NCBI GenBank assembly: GCA_964247135.1
Contig: CAXTTL010000158.1
Coordinates: forward strand, 1-11,367
Reading direction: 5' to 3'
Origin: an uncultured Deinococcales bacterium
Lineage (GTDB): Bacteria; Deinococcota; Deinococci; Deinococcales; JAAFIG01
Length of the DNA: 11,367 bases
A program made the translations under genes and the position numbers. Shown here in pieces: positions 6,322 through 11,367 of the stretch (the stretch's first letter is position 1; each line of letters begins with the position of its first letter). The notes under the pieces were generated by a model. It was not told the DNA's origin, did no database searches, and was given only the letters and a program-made list of their open reading frames with translations.

Positions 6322-8140
6322 ATGCGACACTGTAAACGCTTCCAAAACTACCTTTAAGTTGCCCAATCTCTTTGCCACTCGAGACATCCCATAATCGCGT
6401 TGTAGCATCATCACTCCCTGTAACAAGAGTACGACCATCAGGACTAAATGCGACACTTAACACCGAAGAATTATGTCCCCTATAAACCAGCAGTTCTTTA
6501 CCACTTGAGATGTGCCATAGTTGTGCTGTACCATCATTGCTACCGATAGCAAGAGTACGACCATCAGGACTGAAGGCTATACTATTTACGATAGAAGGAT
6601 GTCCTTTATATTCTTGGAGTTTTTTGCCACTTGCGATATCCCATAATCGCACTTTAAGATCATAACCACCTTCGGCAAGAGTACGACCATCAGGACTGAA
6701 GGCTATACTATTCACGCTGTTATAATTTTGATCCTTGGAAGATATGAATGCGATTTCTTTACCAGTGGAAACATCCCACAATTTTGGACCAAAATTACTA
6801 CTCGTCGCTAGAATACTACTATCAGGACTAAATGCGACACTTTGCACAAATCCATCGAGTCCATTCAATACCATAATTTCTACACCAGTCGAAATATCCC
6901 ACAACCTTACCTCTTTATAACCACCAACAGCAAGAGTATATCCATCAGGGCTGAAAGCAACACCTTCTACCCAAGTCGTATTTCCCTTGAAAATTCTAAT
7001 TTCTTTACTACTCAATGTATCCCACAATCGCACGGTCTTATCAAGACTTCCCGTAACAAAAGTACGACTATCAGAACTAAAAACTACATTTTTTACGCCA
7101 TCTGTGTGACCTTTAAAAACTTTAAATTCTTTAGCAGTTTCAACATTCCATAATCTCATCGTATTATCTGAACTAGCCGTAGCTAAAACACTGCCATCAA
7201 AATTAAATGTTATATTCTCGATGCGATCTGTATGCCCTTTAAATACCTTGATTTCCTTTCCAGTTAAAATATCCCATATTTTTACTGTATTATCACTGCT
7301 ACCTGTAGCAATAGTACGGTTATCTGGACTAAAAACGACACTGTTTACACCATCCGTATGTCCTCCTAATACTTTAATTTCTTTCCCACTTTTAACATTC
7401 CATAATTTAACTGTTTTATCTGAACTGGCTGTGGCAATCCTATTTCCATCAGGGCTAAAAGCGACACTGTTTACCCAAGCCGTATGTCCCTTGAAAGTTC
7501 TAATTTCGCTAGCACTTGAAATATCCCACAATTTTGCAGTTTTATCATAACTTCCCGTAGCAAGGGTACGACCATCAGGACTAAATGCTATACTCACTAC
7601 ACCGTCTGCATGTCCAGTAAATGTGTTAATTTTTTCTCCGCTCGAGACATTCCATAAATTCACTGTGCCATCACCCACACCTTCGCCAGTACCCGTAGCA
7701 AGAACACGACCATCAGGACTGAATGCGACACTATGCACGAACCTTGCCTGTCCTTTGAATACTTTGATTTCTTTTCCACTAGAAACATTCCATAACCGTG
7801 CTGTACCATCCAAACTACCTGTGGCAAGTGTAAGACCATCGGGACTGAACGCTAAACTGGTCACCCCTCTCCTATGCCCTTTGAAAATTTTAATTTCCAC
7901 GCCACTGTTGATATCCCACAACCGTGCCGTACCATCTCTACCAGCCGTAGCGAGCCATTTTTCGTTTTTGCTAAACACAACCGCCCGCACTGGACCTTCA
8001 TGCCCTGTAATGTTATTCAGAAGCTGAAACTGGGTGTAATCAATTGCATTGACAGCTAAAGCGCTTGACTGCTGGCTCACGTAACTTGCGAAACTGAGAA
8101 TGAAACAACACGCAACGAACATCAAAACTGTAGTTTTCAT
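6254..8140 (-). CDS. Secreted WD40-repeat protein, 14 repeats (probable double 7-bladed beta-propeller)
   Basis: 14 GH...AFSPDG...WD units counted. N-terminal hydrophobic signal-like sequence MKTTVLMFVACCFILSFA. Shine-Dalgarno AAAGGA. Confidence 0.95.
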   Translation of the reverse strand: MKTTVLMFVACCFILSFASYVSQQSSALAVNAIDYTQFQLLNNITGHEGPVRAVVFSKNEKWLATAGRDGTARLWDINSGVEIKIFKGHRRGVTSLAFSPDGLTLATGSLDGTARLWNVSSGKEIKVFKGQARFVHSVAFSPDGRVLATGTGEGVGDGTVNLWNVSSGEKINTFTGHADGVVSIAFSPDGRTLATGSYDKTAKLWDISSASEIRTFKGHTAWVNSVAFSPDGNRIATASSDKTVKLWNVKSGKEIKVLGGHTDGVNSVVFSPDNRTIATGSSDNTVKIWDILTGKEIKVFKGHTDRIENITFNFDGSVLATASSDNTMRLWNVETAKEFKVFKGHTDGVKNVVFSSDSRTFVTGSLDKTVRLWDTLSSKEIRIFKGNTTWVEGVAFSPDGYTLAVGGYKEVRLWDISTGVEIMVLNGLDGFVQSVAFSPDSSILATSSNFGPKLWDVSTGKEIAFISSKDQNYNSVNSIAFSPDGRTLAEGGYDLKVRLWDIASGKKLQEYKGHPSIVNSIAFSPDGRTLAIGSNDGTAQLWHISSGKELLVYRGHNSSVLSVAFSPDGRTLVTGSDDATTRLWDVSSGKEIGQLKGSFGSVYSVAFSPDGSRIATGAVDGAWIYGLK

Positions 8141-8689
8141 AGTTTTCCTTTGCTGAATCGAATACTTTGAGGCGTAGCAGCATATGTTTGGAAAAATCTA
8201 AGGTACATGACCAGCTTGGTGAAAACTTATCGGTTAAACGCAACGAAATACTCCCACAACGCTAACACGGGTTAAATAAACTTCAAACCAAAGTATTCTC
8301 CCTAACGTGTGACAACTGCAAAGTCGAAAGACTGTGATTGCAAGTTGATTTCCCAAGACTCGCAACGGCAAGCCCATTCCCAAACTACCGTGTAGCTATA
8401 AAATTTCGAGTTCCAACTCTTGAAGCTTGTCCCAACTCGGGACACTAATCTCGAGATCATCACACCGTAAAAGACCGCCCCAACTCGAGGCAGGTTATTT
8501 GTATTCAAGTTTTGAAATCATAAAACTCGAGTACGATGTGCTCAGATTTTCAGATAACGTTTGCTGATTTAAAATAAAAGCGACGACTTGACGACACCCT
8601 TGTTTTAAGATTGCAAGCACTCACATTTGAGGAATAAGCCTGTCCTTATTGTATAGTGAGAAGTATAAGGCAAAGCAAAAAGGAGATGT

Positions 8690-9511
8690 ATGAAAAAATA
8701 TTTTCTGCTCGCTATAATCGGCGTTGTTCTTGCTTTCTTTCAAACCTCGAGTGCTGGCGATTTGCGCTTTGGAATCAATTTTATTAACGCCCTACTCACG
8801 CCCCTACATACTACGAAAGACCCATGCCCAAGTATCTTCGCAAACAGTAAAGACTTAAATTATTGGTGTGGCATCACAACTGTTTCAGTTGATACGTTCA
8901 AATTTTTATTCGATGGGAAAGCGCCAGGTATCGCAAAATCAAATAATTATGATTATGCGCCTGATGAGGACTGGAAAAAGATCACGACATTGACCTGGGG
9001 TAAGACCATTTACTTGGATCAAACTTACATGTTTATTTCAGTTTTACCTTTTGATGGAATCAACCATGTTTTTTTCGGTGTCGGGTCTAGCAGTGATAAA
9101 ACCGACAGGGTGACTAGCCCAGTAACGGCATACGTGCCACCTGCGCCCTACTCGAATCCCGTAACCACAAACCCTGATTCTAGCACCCCAAAACCCACAA
9201 CTGTAGATCAAACCACGGATTACGATGTGACCGTGCTCAGATACCTTTGCCAAACCCCAGTCAACGGTTACGCTCGAGCTGTTGGCACAATCCGAAACTC
9301 GAGCAACCGCACCCTAGAGTTCTTGAGATTTAACATCGAATACTTTGACGGCTCGAGTTTTGTCGGTCAGGAAAGCGGTTATGTCCAAGCCGATAAACTT
9401 GCGCCAGGTTCGGAAAGCACATTTGATCTAACCTCAAAAACACCAGCTTTCACACGGTGCGAACTGAGTTTTGAAGACTCGAGCGGGAAACTCAAAACCA
9501 AATTGCCTTAA
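8690..9511 (+). CDS. Secreted protein with Pro/Thr-rich linker and C-terminal FxLYD-like (Ig-like) domain
   Basis: Signal peptide MKKYFLLAIIGVVLAFFQTSSA and Shine-Dalgarno AAAGGAG. C-terminal GTIRNSSNRTLEFLRFNIEYFD...LAPGSESTF fits the FxLYD-domain pattern. Confidence 0.8.
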   Translation: MKKYFLLAIIGVVLAFFQTSSAGDLRFGINFINALLTPLHTTKDPCPSIFANSKDLNYWCGITTVSVDTFKFLFDGKAPGIAKSNNYDYAPDEDWKKITTLTWGKTIYLDQTYMFISVLPFDGINHVFFGVGSSSDKTDRVTSPVTAYVPPAPYSNPVTTNPDSSTPKPTTVDQTTDYDVTVLRYLCQTPVNGYARAVGTIRNSSNRTLEFLRFNIEYFDGSSFVGQESGYVQADKLAPGSESTFDLTSKTPAFTRCELSFEDSSGKLKTKLP

Positions 9512-9661
9512 GCATGTGATACACGAGGCTTGGTTAGTACAAGTTGCTTGGTGTCAAAACCTAACCTCGAGTTGAAAATTTCAAACTAAAAATTCTAAAA
9601 ATTCTGTGAGCAGTTGGATAGCTTCGAGGGTGGGGGGTACTCTTTTCCAGCGAAAAAATAT

Positions 9662-9695
9662 CTCGAGGTTGTCCAGTGCCGTGGACAACCTCGAG
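9662..9695. repeat. 14 bp perfect inverted repeat
   Basis: CTCGAGGTTGTCCA-gtgccg-TGGACAACCTCGAG, with no U-tract on the + strand. Confidence 0.8.
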
Positions 9696-9825
9696 CAGTG
9701 TCTTGAAAAGTTTCAGAATCCCATAAAAAACCAAAATACTTGGAAGGTGCTAACCAACCGCTCGAACTTCGTTATTTTGCACTTTTATGTTGGGGGTCGC
9801 TCGAGTTTCAACTCAGGTATTGGAG

Positions 9826-10230
9826 TGATTCATTTTGTATTGTCATTCAAGAATAACTCGTGTGTTCTTACTCATGAAAGTACGTCATACACGCTTATTT
9901 GAAGGGTACAAGTTTACATTCGTTTGCCAAAACTTATTGCTGCTTTCGGTTAGTCCAATCTCGAGTTTTTCAATCTAATTTGTATGCTGATTAGAGAGTT
10001 TGGTTAACATTCTCGTTCGAGAAAGTACGTGGTGTACTCCTATCTTGGAGGCGCTGTTGTTACTCGAGTTGTTCACGGCGTCAGCGATTGCGACAGCCAA
10101 TCAGACATTTGAGCAATCTAATTTGTTTGCTGATTAGAAGGTTCGGTATACACTTTTTCTCGAGAAAGTACGTGGTGTACGCTTATTTGGGATGTGCTGT
10201 GTTCGTTCAAGTTTTACAATTTCAGTGCGT
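9826..10230. repeat. Degenerate tandem direct repeats, period 143-145 bp (two clear copies, one diverged)
   Basis: 9971-10050 and 10114-10193 match at 64 of 80 positions without gaps. GAAAGTACGT recurs at 9876, 10021 and 10164. Confidence 0.8.
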
Positions 10231-10409
10231 TCCCAAACCCCGTGCGAAAAATCAGGCTACAAGTAACCATGTTTCTTGCACGGGAAAGGACACTTTATTA
10301 CCTCACACGATTTAGCACGCGACCCTCGAGCGGGAACCCAGAGGCAGGGACTTTAATCAAAAGTTGCAGTATCCATGTAGCGTATGCCTGGCGGTGGCGT
10401 GATGCAATC

Positions 10410-10433
10410 AAAAACCCCCATTGCTGAGGGTTT
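10410..10433 (-). terminator. Rho-independent terminator for the 10454-10651 ORF
   Basis: Minus strand AAACCCTCA-GCAA-TGGGGG-TTTTT (GNRA loop followed by a U tract). Confidence 0.8.
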
Positions 10434-10453
10434 GGAATCTCGAGTTTGACGCT

Positions 10454-10651
10454 TTAATCGGCGGCGTGACCGTGTGAGGCTTCAAGCGCAGCACGGTCTT
10501 CGCTGTACAGACCGAAACGGGCTGCACCCTCGGGCAAGCGAATAATGTTTTGACCCTCACGTCCATTTTCGCGCCGTAACTCGCCAACAGCGACACGGGT
10601 GCGTTCACGGAGTTGCTCGAGTGCTGCTGGTACTTGTGCTTGAGTTAACAT
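10454..10651 (-). CDS. Small hypothetical protein, 65 aa (67 aa if started at 10657)
   Basis: Shine-Dalgarno GAGGGGGTG, upstream extended -10 TGcTATAGT and downstream terminator define a self-contained unit. Confidence 0.7.
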   Translation of the reverse strand: MLTQAQVPAALEQLRERTRVAVGELRRENGREGQNIIRLPEGAARFGLYSEDRAALEASHGHAAD

Positions 10652-10688
10652 TATCATTCACCCCCTCTCGGGCAACTATAGCACAAAA

Positions 10689-10722
10689 TGTCAATACATC
10701 AACTTTGTCAATACATCAACTT
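10689..10722. repeat. Perfect 17 bp tandem duplication TGTCAATACATCAACTT
   Basis: Copies at 10689-10705 and 10706-10722. The second copy contains the stop codon of the upstream minus-strand ORF. Confidence 0.9.
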
Positions 10723-11367
10723 TCTTGCCAACTCGAACCTGTCCAAATACGTGTACCACTCGCCATTGAACAGAATTGTGCTAAGTATTGGGTTGGCGTT
10801 TATGGGGTCGTTGCTGAGTGTTCCAACGACAGCTTCGTACTGACTCCACCAGTACAGAAAACTGCCCCCGTCGGTCAATTTATCGAATTGCACCTGGACG
10901 AATGGAATATCGCCGCCCGTGATGACCCCGTTTTGCACGTCCCCGAACCTGGTCGCAAAGTTCGTCGCCGCGTCGTAATGAAATGACCATGATGCCAGCG
11001 CATTTTGTGGCGCTTCAAATTCTTCGTTTTTGAGCCAAGCATCGAGGACGATTGGAATAAATTTTGTACAATCTTCGTCTTGCGAACCACGGTACAAGCG
11101 AAACCCTCGCGGTGCGATGGGGGTTTCCCCAAGCTTGGCAAGCAAGCGCTCCCAACGTTGCTCTCGAGACAAGATCAATGTTGTTAAGGTCGTCGCTTCG
11201 GGGTCAACCCGTTTGAGTTGACCTGTCACCAATCGCGTGAAGGACTTGAGAATGGCGATTCGTGCTGCGTGGTATTGGCGGTCTGTCGTGATGTTCTTGA
11301 TGAGTCGGCGGCTTTGTTTGAACAAATCATCGTCCTGGTACAAGTCTTTGAAGCCGAGTTCGTGCCT
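10708..11367 (-). CDS. 5'-partial protein with putative C-terminal R-S-E-clade ADP-ribosyltransferase domain
   Basis: FRLYRG, LASWS and SQYEAVV occur in the order and spacing expected for ART R, S-x-S and Q/E-x-E motifs. The frame is open to the window edge (RHELGFKDLYQDD...). Confidence 0.65.
   Translation of the reverse strand, partial: RHELGFKDLYQDDDLFKQSRRLIKNITTDRQYHAARIAILKSFTRLVTGQLKRVDPEATTLTTLILSREQRWERLLAKLGETPIAPRGFRLYRGSQDEDCTKFIPIVLDAWLKNEEFEAPQNALASWSFHYDAATNFATRFGDVQNGVITGGDIPFVQVQFDKLTDGGSFLYWWSQYEAVVGTLSNDPINANPILSTILFNGEWYTYLDRFELARKLMY

Larger units (their letters stand above)
3645..11367. mobile_element. Integrative element / prophage-like genomic island inserted in tRNA-Ser(GGA); extends beyond the window
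   Basis: Displaced tRNA 3' half, adjacent tyrosine integrase, arm-like repeats, HTH regulator and AT-richer cargo. The second att site (intact tRNA) is not in the window. Confidence 0.85.

Noticed and set aside
6735-8059. Repetitive + strand ORFs within the WD40 gene
   Set aside because: They are antisense translations of the WD40 repeats.
8302-8508. 68 aa minus-strand ORF between the WD40 and FxLYD-like genes
   Set aside because: TTG start, no clear RBS and no recognisable motif. A gene remnant cannot be excluded.
9826-10230. CRISPR array interpretation of the repeats
   Set aside because: Period about 143 bp, only 2-3 degenerate units, intervening sequences related to each other, and no cas genes in the window.
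9606-10427. + strand ORFs 9606-9902, 10088-10315 and 10194-10427
   Set aside because: Non-ATG starts, no convincing RBS, and they overlap hairpins and non-triplet repeats.
10621-10986. 121 aa + strand ORF with hydrophobic N-terminus
   Set aside because: Antisense to two better-supported minus-strand genes and their promoter.

Overview
Bacterial chromosome segment containing one end of a tRNA-integrated mobile element. The host lineage is not identifiable with certainty; a leaderless-type promoter would fit Deinococcota, but this is weak inference. Bases 1-3609 are host genes: a partial D-2-hydroxyacid dehydrogenase, an HD-domain protein resembling the C-terminal part of a CCA-adding enzyme, a lipoprotein alpha/beta hydrolase and an NAD(P)-binding reductase. 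At 3645-3702 (minus strand) is only the 3' half of a tRNA-Ser(GGA), starting exactly at the anticodon loop, which marks an att junction. It is followed by putative integrase arm sites, a tyrosine integrase translationally coupled to an XRE-type HTH gene, a symmetric bidirectional promoter and three small divergent ORFs. Further cargo comprises a secreted 14-repeat WD40 protein, a secreted FxLYD-like protein, a ~900 bp structured non-coding region with ~143 bp tandem repeats, a small standalone ORF and a truncated ORF with R-S-E ADP-ribosyltransferase motifs. The palindrome CTCGAG is about 25-fold over-represented (about 74 copies by hand count) but is scarce in the AT-rich WD40 gene.
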